64,000 nucleotides of DNA, taken from assembly GCA_038496445.1 (NCBI GenBank), contig JALMLS010000305.1, positions 52,125 through 116,124 of the forward strand, written 5' to 3'. The position numbers and the translations under genes are program-made. The notes under the pieces are model-generated. The model had not been told where the DNA came from. It searched no databases and saw nothing but the letters and a program-made list of their open reading frames with translations. Positions 13,481 through 27,674 of the stretch are shown here, piece after piece (position 1 is the first letter of the stretch; the number at the start of each line of letters is the position of its first letter). This DNA is from Trichosphaerium sp. ATCC 40318 (taxonomy: Eukaryota > Protista > Tubulinea).

Positions 13481-16400
13481 TCAATCGTCAAGGAACTCTG
13501 TTTCTGACTCCTTACTTATTTTGCTTCTTTTCTCTAACTCACTTCTTACTTTCTCTAGCTCAATTCTTGCTTTGTCGAGTTCTTCTCTTGTTTCAATAAG
13601 TTCTGTTTGAAATGATACATCATTTGGAGAAATGTCGTCAGAATCATCGCGTGATTTATTACTTATTCCTTGCATTGTCTGCATAACCGTTGTTCCCGAC
13701 TTTGTAGAACTATTTATATTTAAGAATATGTTACTATGGTAATAAGACAACATACTTGTTTGCAACATCGTCTTGCTTGTTTGTAAAAATACGCCAAAAT
13801 TTAGGAGCAAACATCATCAGAAGTGTCACTGTTTAAATGATGAGTGTGTTTACATTGAAGAAGATGTGGTTGTACCTGATGCAATGAACCAAATACCAAC
13901 GGATACAACAATACTCACTGTAGAGTACGATGTGGGCGATGTTATGGTGTACCCACAGATGAGCAAGAGCGAGCACCAAATCAAATCGTTGTAGATGGCA
14001 GCACCCATCCATTTTGATTCGTTGTACAATGAAGGTACATTACGAACAGAAAACGCAAAATAGCATCCTGCGAGTACAAGTATGCCCTTGTAGAATATCA
14101 GAATAGAACAGAGCCTAAATGTAATAACGTACTTCATAGGCTAAAGTGAGAATGAGAAATATTTGGCCATGTTCACTTGAACAGTATTTAAGTTTAAATA
14201 GAATACTATCTGGATCGTTCTTGTGGCTAATTGTATTTCTGGATACTGCTGTCCATAAAATCAATATGATCTGGATGGTCAAGGAAGAATTGAATAACGC
14301 AAACAGAAAAAATAGAAACTCAGAAAAAAAAACCAAGGGGATACAAGTTGGAGAAGAATGCCGATAGATGATAACTTTAAGAGCTCTCTAGAAGATATTA
14401 TCGTCTTCGTAATATTCTTTAACTCAAAAACAAGTTTGATTCTGTAAGTCTTTGCCACAAGAGGTCTACAAACAGCGTTAATATCTGACAACAACAGAAT
14501 AACGCTACTGAAACAAAAACATACACAAGCATTGTTACAAATCCCATTGCTGGAAACCAAACTCTAAGCTCACAGAACACGTCTGATACTGGCGCAATCC
14601 TAAGAAGGACATTAAGAAAAGAAACACACGGAGAAAGGATTGTACGTACCACATAAGTGCACCAAAGTATGATATTAAAATACCAAGAAGAATGACAATC
14701 AAAAACTCTCTTGTCGATGCTCGGATTACATCTGCTGACCTTAAAGGAGATTAACACTTGAAGTAGTAATGTAATGTACCAGTAAAGTATAACAAACACA
14801 AGTGTTGCCAAAGTAGCAATGACACCAATGGCAATAAGTAAGATAATAAAAATTATTGATCTGTCGCTCCAGCTGCTCCATTCCCTCACTGCCCTTGGTC
14901 TCTCTTCGACTACAATTGACAACTGGTTTTCGGATAGTCTAGGCACAAGAGCAACGGTGGCTTTTTCTGCGTCTACTACAAAAACATTGTTGAAGGTGCT
15001 ATTATCCAATTGAGCACGTGAGGCATTAGAAAAAGCCATCAATAAAATGTCATCTCCAACTTCCAACTTTGTAAAGTCTTCAACAGATACTTGTACGACC
15101 CCATTAAACACAGGAGTTTTCAACCACGTTACATGTGAAACACCGAGAGTCATTTGAATAGCACTGTCATTATCAAATGTCATATCGCTCAATACATCAA
15201 TAGGTCCCTAATAATAGCGTTATTTTATGAAATCACGTGTCTTTTAAATGGTCGCAAACTCGATCGTACATTAACAAGAAGTGTTGCGTCTTCAAAAACG
15301 AAATACGTTGTTTGGTCCATCAGTTGAACATCTCGTTCAACAATAAAGGTAGCGCCATCGATGTTGTTTATCCTCGTGTTTTGAGAATTCAGTATCCTTT
15401 CATCAACTTCTTGTACTGTTATGATTCCTGTTTTTCGTAAGAAAGGGTATTGTAGAAGAAAACTAAACAAAGAAACAAATAAACCCTACCTTGATTCTCA
15501 ATAACAAGGTTTATCAATGCAATATGTGAAAGTCTAATCCTTGAATCGCAGTCTGCTAGAAAAACAAGATGTGGAGTTGTTTCTTGCTCAATAGCCCTCT
15601 TTGCGGTAGATGTGCCCTTAACAGCGAAATTAGCACGTGTTGTTATTTCAAAACAATAGTGGTATAGAACATACCGATACAGTTCCTTCGTAGAGAGAGA
15701 ACGCCTTTGTAATTGTGATGGATGCATTGGAAAAGATATTGATAGATCCTCCATCCATTCTCACATAATTAGCGTCGAGGTCAAAAGAAACTTGTATCGG
15801 GAGGTCATCAGGAACATTAATATTATCATAGACATTCCCTTTGAACTGAGTGTTAGAGCAAACTAAGAAGATATAAGCGAAACATACCAAAGTTGCCTCC
15901 AGGTAAAAACCCGTTAAAGTCATAAGGCGACGATTCCGAGAAATGACTGTTTGTCACAGATATAAACTCATCTCCATCGATACCTATCAGATGATGTCAG
16001 TCAAACAATTCTAATAAAAGTAGAGCGTACTGTGTTCAGAGTTTGCAATAAAAGTGCATCCATCGACTGTGTTCTCGCCTCTCATGAACAATCCACCACC
16101 GAGTTCTGCTGTGTTGTTCACAAATGTACAATCGCTGAAAATAGCATTGTCTGAATAATCATACAACACTGCACCACCAGTTCTATCAGCTCTATTATTG
16201 CCAAAGTAACAGTTTGAAACAATTGTGTCAAAGTTGTCGATTCGAGAAAAGAAACCTCCACCCTTTACAAACAACTTAGCATTGCAATATACAAGATTGA
16301 AGACAGTCAACGTACACTGTTCACAGCATAGTTGTCAGTAATATTGAGGTTCTTCAATACAATCCCTGTGTTGAAGTCATGAACGTAGATACCTCCAGCT

Positions 16401-18739
16401 AGGTTTCCTGCAGAGTTGTTCTTGAACACAGAATCTGTGATAGTCACACCTTCGTTGGAAAATCGTACTCTAATGCCACCTGCGATAAAATAAGTACTGT
16501 CTGTGATACATTAAAATCAACATACCACCCCTATCTTCGGCAACGTTATCGATAAACCTGACAGACTCAAGCAACACATTTATGTTTCTGTCATTAATTT
16601 GGATTCCTGCTGCGTCGTCATCAGCGCGATTCTTAATGAAATCGGTGTTTCTGATTGTGATATTGACATTGTCATCCTCTATGGCCGCTCCACCAGCATC
16701 ATCTGTTGATGACCAGTTTTCTTCAAATAGTACGTTATCAATAAGCACGTTTTGAGAATCTGTGATGTGTATCCCTCCTCCTCTTCTTGCTGTGTTTCTC
16801 CTAAAACAACAAAGTCAGTATTAACAGACAAGCCTAAGGAAGTACCTTAACGTGCAGTTATTAAGCACTACTCGATTTGTTTCTATCAAATACATTCCTC
16901 CTCCTGTTTTTGGGTGAAAGTAAGTACTTTAAGATGAAATAGAAAGTGAGCAAGTTGTACCATTTGTTGGAGAGCTGCTATCTTCAAATATTGAGTGAGA
17001 AACTGTCAAGTCATTGACGCCTGAAAATCTAATGGAACCGCCTGCTGCATTGCTTTTCTTGTTTCGAAATGAGCAGTACTCGATTGATACATTGTTGCTA
17101 TCGACAACATTTATACCGCTGCTCATATTCCCTTCAAAAGAAACATGTTCAATTCGAATATATGGACTATCATTGACTAAAAGCTCTTCTTCAGAATCAT
17201 CATTAGTGTTGTTTCTTAGGAAATGTTAGTTTAAGCACAAACGCGTTTTACTGGGCTCTTACCTGAAAGAGCAGTTTTGAATACTTCCCTGTGTTGACAC
17301 AGACATAAATACAGCTAAAAGATGTTGATTATTATGAAGTGGTCACAATGTTTTCATGACAGCGTACTTGCAAGGTCAGTTACCATATTGTTCTCAAAAA
17401 CAGAATTTCTTAAATCTATTGTTGACGCGGTTACATCTATGTTATTGTTCTTAGCTTTGTATATTGTCTTTAGTCTGTACGTATTCCTGATCCGCGACGA
17501 GCTACTCCATTTGTAAATGTGCAACCATCCACTACTGCATTAACTTCAGACAGACTAACGATGCCTATGTTCGAATAAGTCACTCTTGAGGTGTACATGT
17601 CGCAGTACCATTCCATAAAATTGAATTTTTATCAAAGGTACAATCCAGTATCTCGACATTTGCATCTCTCGCACGAACAACACCAAGACCTTGCTCAGGA
17701 CTGATTGTATTGTTGAAAAAGACTGTACTATTGAGGCGATTAGAATCCTAAATGAAAGCACAAAAATGAAACCGAACTTTGTCACTGTCAATGATAAACC
17801 AGGTCCTTCAGCGTTCAGAATACCGTTATCTCTAGAATCGCTTCCTGTAACGGCCGCTTCACCACACGTATTATCTGTGAAAGTACAGTCGCTTAAATAA
17901 ACGAATTAACAAACAAAGTTTTGTATCCCAAAACTATTTTCATTTTAAAAACACGTGCCTGAAAAAGACTCTACAAGATCCAGTCACATATAACACAGAA
18001 CCTCCTCTACCGTCCTAAATACGGTTTATGGTGAGCGCTACCAATTTAAAAAATCCCAAAGAGGTTTAAACGCTTACTTGTGTTCCAATAAACCGAGCTG
18101 GGCATGCAGCTCTTGTGAATTTTATATTTTTGAACGAGATAAAAGTGACGCTAGAATTTGTCCCGCAAGATGTCACCAAAAATAAGTATCTTGTATTTTC
18201 GCCATCAATCACTGTTTCTGAGCTTCCCGTTCCTTATTGAAACTTAGAAAAAATAAACGGAATAAAAAATGTTCAAGTTTGTGAAAGAAAAAAAAAAAAA
18301 ACGTGATTTCTCGTAGTTGTAAACCCGGAACTCGCTCATTTAATAAAACCGACAGGATTGAATTGGTACCTTCAATGGTTATGTTATAGAGTGTAGAAGG
18401 ATCAGGCCAGTCGATAAGCGAATTGTTAGAACCTAGTTTTGTTAAAAGACACTAAAAACAGGAGTGATAAGAATGTTAAATACTCACCTGCATAAGTTCC
18501 CGACGCCATTGTTATGACGTCCCCTGACTCAGATACATTTAAAAGAGTGTATCTAATGCTATAACAAGGGTTTAATTCATCTGTACAGTCCCCAGCGTCC
18601 GTTCCTAGCATACGCATTATTTAAAATGTTTTTGGTTATGCTTACCGTTTGTACTGATGAAACGGCGTCTACCTTGTATCCCTAACGAAATAAAGGCCAA
18701 TAGAACGATAACTCCATAAAGGCGGCACACCTTGTCCAT
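13481..18739 (-). CDS. Class C (GABA-B/Grl-like) 7TM receptor with beta-helix ectodomain, copy 1
   Basis: Signal peptide MDKVCRLYGVIVLLAF; GG-x/FxxN repeats; 7tm_3 motifs CELRVW..GF, LVAKTYRI, RNVPSLYNESKW..IYN and FAPKF; C-terminal heptad coiled coil. More than 20 short introns. Confidence 0.85.
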
Positions 18740-19260
18740 TCTTAAGGTACCGTAAAAGTTTACATTCAAAGGGTAAATTATTTCTCCGTGTGTGCACGTG
18801 GACATAAAAGTCGTAGGAACTTTATCCACGGACTGTCACGTCGATAGTTAAATATTGGCGCTAACAGAAAAGTCATAGAAGGCTTGTGGAGTTTAAAAAA
18901 AACATGCGTGACCACGTGTTAATCCTTAGGGATGGCAGAAATGGTCCGGTCCAGTAGGTGGATAATACTGCTACAAAAACCCTGTATGGATCCAGTTTAG
19001 AGCTGACCAAGGAAGACCGGTTTGGAATCACAATACCGGTATTTTGGTTACGTACAATATGGTTTGAATACTTGAAGAACACATTCTACAGCACGCAGTA
19101 TAGATGTATACACAACAGTGGTAACAAGATACCGCTGGTTTTCTGTTGCTATATTCCATATGCAACTTTGCCGTATCAAGCTTTCATTGCAAGTGCTCTT
19201 ACCCAAAATAAAAATGAAACAGTTTTAAATGGACTCTGTTATGTTTTATTCTTGTACATG

Positions 19261-21053
19261 TTAGTTTGGTATATCAGCACTTTTTACTTCCTTGGTTGTT
19301 AATACGTAAGGTAAAATGGCTTCTCTCAACTTAGGCACAAAGCAAGCGATAATCAGAGCTGTAAAAATCTACAATAGAATTTAACATGAATAAGCACAAG
19401 AAAGGCGGTTGGAATGAATATGTTACTGGCACATGTAACTATCAGTGTAAGTAGTAAAAGAAAAATATATTTAATTGTACCATTAGTTTGACAATCTATA
19501 AAGTACTTGGTGGCGTCAGAGTAGGCACATGTGAAATTTGTTGATGTTGAAGGACAATCAAAAACGCCTCCAGTATCTATGTGATAAATTAGTACAATAC
19601 AATTGCTTGTTCGATTACCGTCATTGTGAATGTTGCTAAATGTTGTTGTATTTCTAAACACCATTTTTAGTATTCTTGATGTGTGGACAATAGTGTTGTA
19701 CCTTATTGTAATGTTCATAGAAGATCCAATCAATGCAGGGGATTGTATTATTGTAGTTAGTTTTCTAAACAAGAATTCAGTACAATTAGGTAGGTTACAC
19801 GCATGTAATATTCTCAACTACACATGAATCTATCTCTGCAGATCCATTGCTAGATGTACCGTTCAAAAACAACGCTCCAGCTATTACACAATTAACATGA
19901 CGCTTGGATAGAGTAACACGTATACCAGTACATCTATCCTCGAATGGCTGAGCTTCTTCCATACTGTTCCCAATAAAAGTAGAGTTCAATACTTTAATAT
20001 CAAGTGAGTTTATGTATACAACTGAAGTGGAGTATTCGAGTTGTGCTGTTTACCAATAAGTATATATATAACACGGATACATACCTTTATATGTTGCAAC
20101 TACGTGATTGTCCTCAAACGAACAAGAATTGATTACAACCTAAATTAACTTAGTATTTAAAAACCAAGCCACAAACGTACTCTATCAACACTGATAAACG
20201 TAGCTAGGAATCCTATGGTCAAAGAGTTATAACATAAACAAGTCATGGCTAAGTATTACCTCTATCTTCCATTCTGTTCAGGAAATACCCTCGTTTAAAA
20301 TTATGTTGAAAATGACAATTATTCACAGAAACTGTTTCGGCTGTTTCAATCCATAATCCCAAAGGGTCAGCAAATCTTTCCAAGTCATCGAACAGTTCAT
20401 GGAAAAGTGAATTGCTTACAGCAACATTTCGACTATTTTCACATTAAGGGAGCGCTCCTTAAATACATGACAAATAGAGCTAGAACACGTGTACCTTGCA
20501 ACTACTTGAATATATCCGTCTTCGCCTGTAACTACCATATTCCTAAGCGATCAGTTAATCAATAAAACTAGAGACTCATAACGTGAATGTTCGTAATGTA
20601 CTCTATGGAAACATTTGCAAAGTCGTTCAAGCTCAATTTACAACCATTTAACGTAAATCCTGATAATGAGATATTTATGTTTTGATTCCCGTTCACCGTC
20701 TCCTGTTGAACTGAGCAAGAAACATTTATGCCTTTACTTAACGCTAAATAATATGTTACAGAACCTGTCAAAAGTGTCAACATACCATAAATGTCTATAC
20801 TTCCGGTACGTTGAGCACTAAACGTGTTGAGAGGAAAATTTAATCCAGTAGAATTGAGAATAAGCGTAGTTGCTCCTGTGCTCAAGTAGCACTCCATATC
20901 AGCGCCACAATTGTGGTCACTTGAAGTTACGACTAAGACGTAAAAATTAGTAATCTTCATATCACTCTGAATAGTATTCGTACTTGTGTTACCGTGGGTT
21001 GGTGCTGCAAGAGCAAAAAACAAAAAGGCAGTACAGAAATAACACAAACTCAT
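19261..21053 (-). pseudogene. Degenerate paralog of the 4005-6303 single-pass beta-helix protein
   Basis: Shares the N-terminal exons (NINISLSGFT) and the C-tail FVPKLREAILPYVL. The frame is disrupted near 20445, and the stalk and most of the TM exon appear to be missing. Confidence 0.55.
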
Positions 21054-21577
21054 TTACTACAGCTATCATAAGCATCATTGGGCGTAATGAAGTGTTATTT
21101 AAGGAAATCGTTTTGAAAAACGCACGTGATGCTATCAGAAAGCTATGCTGATGTGTTCTCGATTTTGGTGAAAAATTTTGTTGGTAGCCGCCTGCTGCTC
21201 TTTATCACTCAGTTAACACGATATCTGAGTGTACAAATTATTCTACGTTATGTGAACTTGAAGTGTGAACAACCTGTGTGTTCAAGTTTTCAGCCAGACT
21301 GACTTTTAGCAAAAAAAATTCCAGTTTCTGCCTGATCTGTCTGACGGATTTGACACTTCTGACAGAACCTTGCAAATCTTACTTTTTAAAATGTGATGCA
21401 CTCATATAGTCAAGCGGAAAAGTTTTACCAATCCAACCGTTTAAACCCACCTGATTTAAGGGGTCAGGACCTCTAATTCTATTGGTTAGACTATGCACAT
21501 CCTCTAAGTTTCTGATTTTAAACAATTGGCAGAGTACTTTTCACAGTCCAGTGTTTTACAAAATATTGAAATGGAAC

Positions 21578-21730
21578 TTACCGTTCTGTTAACAGTAATT
21601 TAAACGCAAACAGCCATAGATCCCAATCAGTGAAGGCTATTTGCCGAAATTACCATTCTGTTAACAGTAATTTAAACACAAAAACAGCCTTAGATCCTAA
21701 TCAGTGAAGGATATTTGGCCTAATTACTGT
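21578..21730. repeat. Imperfect direct repeat, about 73 nt x 2, with palindromic core CTGTTAACAG
   Basis: The unit ttacc.ttctgttaacagtaatttaaac.caaa..cagcc.tagatcc.aatcagtgaagg occurs twice. A similar core is present at about 33688-33713. Confidence 0.75.
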
Positions 21731-22119
21731 TACAATAATGCCTCAAACTAGGCCTTCTAATTTAGGACAGCCCCAGCCTTAATGTCGCCTTCTTTTTTGG
21801 GCAGTATTTTTCCGTTTTTAAGCTTATGAGGCGTTTAATGCCATTCTTTATACCTTCAATAACGTTTTTACATGCTTTGACGTGTATGTAGACAGTTGCA
21901 GTTTTGTGTGTCAGTTTAAAGGTAGAAAAAAAAATGTACACGAAGCACAAATATCACACTGTGCTTTTGTGAGAAACTAATGAGAGTGTACCATTTGACG
22001 ACAGATGCAAGGGTACCATCTTACTTAAAGCTTTAATGTAATATGCAACAGAGTAGGTGCACGTGTTTATCGCTTACAAGAGCTATAGTTAATAATTAAA
22101 GAGCCAATTAGAATTACAT

Positions 22120-22240
22120 GTCACCTAGAAATTCAAGAAAGCCACCTGGTGTAATTGTACCAGAGTGGCTGAAGTCACCATCTATTGTTACAGGACTAGA
22201 TCTAGACAAATTGATTTGGTGGACTAACAATTATAGGTGA
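22120..22240 (-). pseudogene. Orphan exon relic of the single-pass beta-helix family
   Basis: aagaaagccacctggtgtaattgtaccagagtggctgaagtcaccatct...ggactagat aligns with about 4555-4630. Confidence 0.7.
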
Positions 22241-22384
22241 GTTGTCAGACAATACCATAATAACCAAAAAAAAAAAATTGTCCATTACCTTTTTCTAAGC
22301 GCCTCCCGCGCTAAACAACATAATGAGGGCGACCTTCGTAGCTAAAAGTAGCATTTTTTATTTCTAGAACTGCGTGACATTGTT

Positions 22385-25300
22385 TTATAGATCTACAGCA
22401 GGCAGTGTATTGTTTAAGTTCCTAGTTTCTCTCTTTTTCTCCAATAAATCTTGCCTACTTCCTGTTTTCTTCTTTTTTCTTGTTTTCTTTTGTAACTCAC
22501 ATCTAACTTTCTCAAGCTCCTTTCTTGTTTCCTCAAGTTCTTCTTTTGTTTCTTCAAGCTCTGCTTGAAAAGCTTTATAATCTGCACCTGCAGATCCAGT
22601 TGTGTCTTTGGTTTCTTGTAATGACGTATTTGATTTATTAGATTTGGCTGATTTGTTTGATAGATTTCCTCGCCTGCTTGCCATTGTTACTGAAGACCTG
22701 TTTAAAGTAAGTGAGTAGTTGTAATAAAAATAGTTTCCAGCGTACAAGGTTACAACATCATCTTGCTTTGTAAATATACACCAAAGTTTAGGAACGAACA
22801 TCATACCCAGTGTCACTGAAGAAAGTAGTCAGCAAGATAATTCACAAAAAAAGATGTGTAAGGATGGTTGTACCTGACGCTATGAACCAAATACCAAGTG
22901 ATACGATGATACTCACTGTAGAGTACGATGACGGGGATGTTATGGTATACCCACAGATGAGCAAGAGCGAGCACCAAATCAAATCGTTGTAGATGGCAGC
23001 ACCCATCCATTTTGATTCGTTGTACAATGAAGGTACATTACGAACAGAAAACGCAAAATAACATCCTGCAAGTACAAGTATGCCCTCGTAGAATGTTAGA
23101 ATAGAACTTTTGTGTGTTCCAACGTACTTCATAGGCTAGAGTGAGAATGAGAAATATTTGGCCATGTTCACTTGAGCAGTATTCAAGTTTAAATAGAACA
23201 CTATCAGGATCGTTCTTGAATCCAATTGTATTCCTGGATACTGCTGTCCATAAAATCAGTATGATCTGTATGGTCAAGGACTAAATACAAGCGAAAGGAA
23301 GTGAAGTTGGTAAAAAAGAAAAGATAAAGGATACGAGTTGGAGAAGAATACCAACAGAGGTGATTTGTAAAAGTTCTGGGAATGAAATGATGGTATTTGT
23401 CAGACTTTCCATGTCAAATATGAGTTTGATTCTGTATGTCTTTGCGACAAGAGGCCTACGTAGAAAGTATGAATACAATGATAACACCAAAACAACATAC
23501 GCAAGCATTATGACAAATCCCACTGCTGGAAACCAAACTCTAAGCTCACAGAACGCATCTGATACTGGCGCAATCCTAAGAAGGAAATTAGGAAAAGAAA
23601 CACACGGAGAAAGGGATTGTACGTACCACATAAGTGCACCCAAGTATGATATTAAAATACCAAGAAGAATGACAATCAGAAACTCTCTTGTTGATGCTCG
23701 GAGGATAACTGATGTATTCCTAAAAGACGGTTATCAAAGATACTCAGGTTAGTATTTGTACCAATAAACGATAACAATTGTTGCTGTTACCAACGTTGCT
23801 ATGACACCAATGGCAACAAGCAAGATAACAATGATTGATGCTGTATCAGTCCATCTGCGCCATTCTTTTACTGCCCTTGGTTTCTCCTCAACTACAATTG
23901 ACAACTGGTGTTCGTTTAAACTAGTTATGAGAGCTATAGTGGTATTGTTTTCGTCAACAAAAACAACACTGAACGTGGTATTATCCAAAAGAGCACGTGA
24001 GGTGTTAGAAAAAGTCATCAATAAAATGTCATCTCCAACTTCCAACTTTGTAAAGTCTTCAACAGATACTCGTATGACCCCATTAAACGCGGGAGTTTTC
24101 AACCACGTTACATGTGAAACACCGAGAGTCATTTGAATAGCACTGTCATTATCAAATGTCATATCGCTTGCCACATCAATAGGACCCTAACAACAGCATT
24201 AGTGTTTTAAGTCTCACGTGATACTTGGAAAACACGTGATAATAATTAAAAAAGACGTACGTTCACAAGAAGTGTTGATTTTTGGAAATAAAAATGAGTT
24301 GTGGTATCCATCAGTTGTATATCTCTTTCAACAATCATAGTCGCTCCATCAACATTATTTATCTTTGTATTTTCTGTATTAAAAACCCGAACATCAATCT
24401 CCCTTATTTGTAACGTTCCTTGCGTAATACTGTCAGTTCAAAGGTACCACTAACTACAAAAAACACACCTTGATTCTCAATAACGAGATTCCTCAATGCA
24501 ATATTTGACAACCTAAACTGTGATATGCAGTCTGGTCCCAATACCAGGTGTGGGTTTGTTTCTAGTGATTGCTTAACCAACCTTTTCGATGTTGGGACAC
24601 CCTAATAGACAAAATCAGTCTTCCTCTAGGACCCCAATTTAAGCGTACAGTGATAGTTCCTTGAGAAAGATTAAACTCGCTGTTGACATTAACAGACACA
24701 CTAGAACGTATTCTAATGTGTCCTGAATTCATATTAAAGACATTGGTATCAAGGTTCTCAACAACTTCAATGGTATAATCAGGGATGTGTATGCTGTCAT
24801 AAACGTTTCCTGTATTTCCAATATTAAACTAAGAGTAAGAAAAAAGTAAGAACATACCAAAGTTGCCTCCAGGAAGAAACCCTTCAAAGTCATAGGGCGA
24901 CGATTCCGAGAAATGACTGTTTGTCACGGATATAAACTCATCTCCATCAATACCTATCAAATGATGTCAGTCGAACAATAGTAGAAATATAGGAACGTAC
25001 TGTGTTCAGAGTTTGCAATAAAAGTGCATCCATCGACTGAGTTCTCGCCTCTCATGAACAATCCACCACCGAGTTCAGCTACGTTGTTCACAAATGTACA
25101 ATCGCTGAAAATAGCATTGTCTGAATAATCATACAACACTGCACCACCAGTTCTATCAGCTCTATTATTGCCAAAGTAACAGTTTGTTATTGTTGAGTTT
25201 TGGTTATTAATGCGAGAAAAGAAGCCTCCACCCTTTAAAAACAACTTAGTATCGCAATATTCAAGATTGAAGACAGTCAACATACACTGTTCACAGCATA

Positions 25301-27211
25301 GTTGTCAGTAATATTGAGGTTCTTCAACAAAATTCCTATGTTGTTGTCATGAACATAGATACCTCCAGCTATGCTTCCTGCAGAGTTGTTCTTGAACACA
25401 GAATCTGTGATAGTCACTCCTTCGTTTCTAAACCGAACTCTAAGACCACCTACGATAACATTAGATTCGTTGAAGCTGAATCAGTTGACAAATAGCTTAC
25501 CTGCTCTGTCTTCTGCTACGTTATTGATGAAACTCGAAGATTCAAGAGTCACATTTGTATTATCATCGTTAATCTGAAGTCCTCCTGCATCATCAACAGC
25601 ATAGTTCTCTATGAACTGACTGTTTCTAATAGTGACATTCACATTGTCATCATTTACTGCTAGTCCACCAGAGTCAACAGTTACTCTGTTTCTCTCAAAG
25701 AGCACGTGATCTATTAGTATGTTTTCACAACTAACCATAAATAATCCACCTCCTCTTCTTGCTATATTTCCTCTGTAGAAAATAAAGAATGAGCACTATG
25801 ATCATCTCTCAGTGCACCTTACCTAAATGTTGAGTTCTTCACAACTATCTCGCTTAAAGTATCCAAGTAAACCGCTTTGAAATAGTCAGTTTGTGGTAGT
25901 CACGTGTCTATGTAAACGTACTTCCTCTACCAGGTTGTGTATTGTTCTCAAACAAGGAATTGTTTATATTTATTGTTGAATCATCAGCATCTAGAAATAG
26001 TTATAATTTGAAGCATGAAAAGTGTTCTTACATATCGCTGCACCACCTTCTGCGCTTCCGTTTGTGAAATTACAAGAATCTATTGTTAAATCAACTCGAA
26101 TCACATTAACTACGCCTACAGTCGAAATAAGAACAGTTGAAAGATAAGATTGGTTGTGTACCAAGTGCGGTTACTTTATTGTTGTTAAAGACACTATTGA
26201 AAACGTTGACAATTGAGTCTCTTGCTCGTATAACGCCATACCCTATCAGAGGGCTTATAGTATTGTCTAAAAACTTGACACTAAACTGATAGTAAGGTTA
26301 AATTTGAGTTAAGGGTAAACTTACTTTGTCAACGTTAATATTGGCCCTTCTACATTCACTATACCATTACGTCTAGGATTAGTACTATCATCACTCGATA
26401 ATCCACACGTATTATCAATAAAAGCGCAATCACTACTCGAAGAGAATTAAAAAAAAAAAAAGGTAACGGAGAAATCAAACCAACCTCCCGTTACCAAGAA
26501 ATATTAAAAAAAACGAACACGTGCCTAAAAAAAATACTACAAGATCCTGACGCATAAAAAACGGAACCTCCTCTACCACGCTAATCACGAGTAAGCAAAA
26601 CCCCAAACTAGAACGAAAAGCCAAATCAAGCGTACCGGTGTATCTGGAAACTCTTCAGGGCATACAGCGTTTTTAAAAATAATATTTTGAAACGAAATAA
26701 AGGTCACGTGATTATCTGTTCCACATTCGGGAGCCAAAAATAAGTAGTTTGCGTTTTCGCCATCAATAATTGATTCGCCGTTGGTTGTTCCTATTACAGG
26801 CGCCTTTATTAACAAACGAACTAGTACATTGTAGCCGTACCTTTAATGGTTATGTTGTTAGGCGTAAAGTCATTTGGCCATTGTAGGCGAGAGTTGTTGG
26901 AGCCTAGTTTATTACCGCATCAAATACGAACATACTCGATAACTGGCAAATTCCTTACCTCTGTATGTACCCTGACCCATTTCTATGACATCTCCAGGCA
27001 CAGATACAGAAAAAAGAGTGTAACGAAGGCTTAGACATGGATTGCTTTCATCCAAACATTCCCCAACGTCCGTTCCTAGCGACTACATTAACCTTTAAAG
27101 TTTTTTCATTTTTGTACCCGTTGTAGTTACGAAACGACGGCTGCACTGTATCTCTAATGTGAACAAAGCCAATACCAAGCCAAGCCAAACCCCGCTACTT
27201 AGTATTTTCAT
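22385..27211 (-). CDS. Class C 7TM receptor with beta-helix ectodomain, copy 2
   Basis: Same architecture as copy 1. Starts MKILSSGVWLGLVLALF; NESKW motif; TM7 ends MMFVPKLW; coiled coil ELEETKEELEETRKELEKVR. Confidence 0.85.
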
Positions 27212-27674
27212 TCTCCACGTGGCCGGTGTACACGTAATGTAATTGTAATGTGTACCACGTTTGACAATCCAAAAACATGTAATCTTACTATGAGATGTAT
27301 GATACGAGCTACATCAAAAATTAGCATTCATTGTCGCATACAAGTGTGAATGGTATAGACAGTTTTTAATATCACACCTATGTGAATAACATGCTGTGTC
27401 TTAGACAAGTTAAACATCACGTGATTATTATAAATAGATAAGCAGTTAATTAGGTTATTATGGTACGCTGGCACGTCCGGAACAAATTTCGGAGCCTGAT
27501 CGTATTTTTTTCGATGTAATAATCTTGTAACTAAAGTGGCAACGGCTCTCGCCTCTTGTTTGAAAAAAAAATAAAAACACGAACTAGCATGCATGCAATT
27601 TTTATCACTGACAAATATTTAGAAGTACAAAACACCAAGTTTCCTTTAATAATATACTACTGCGTGACATTGTT

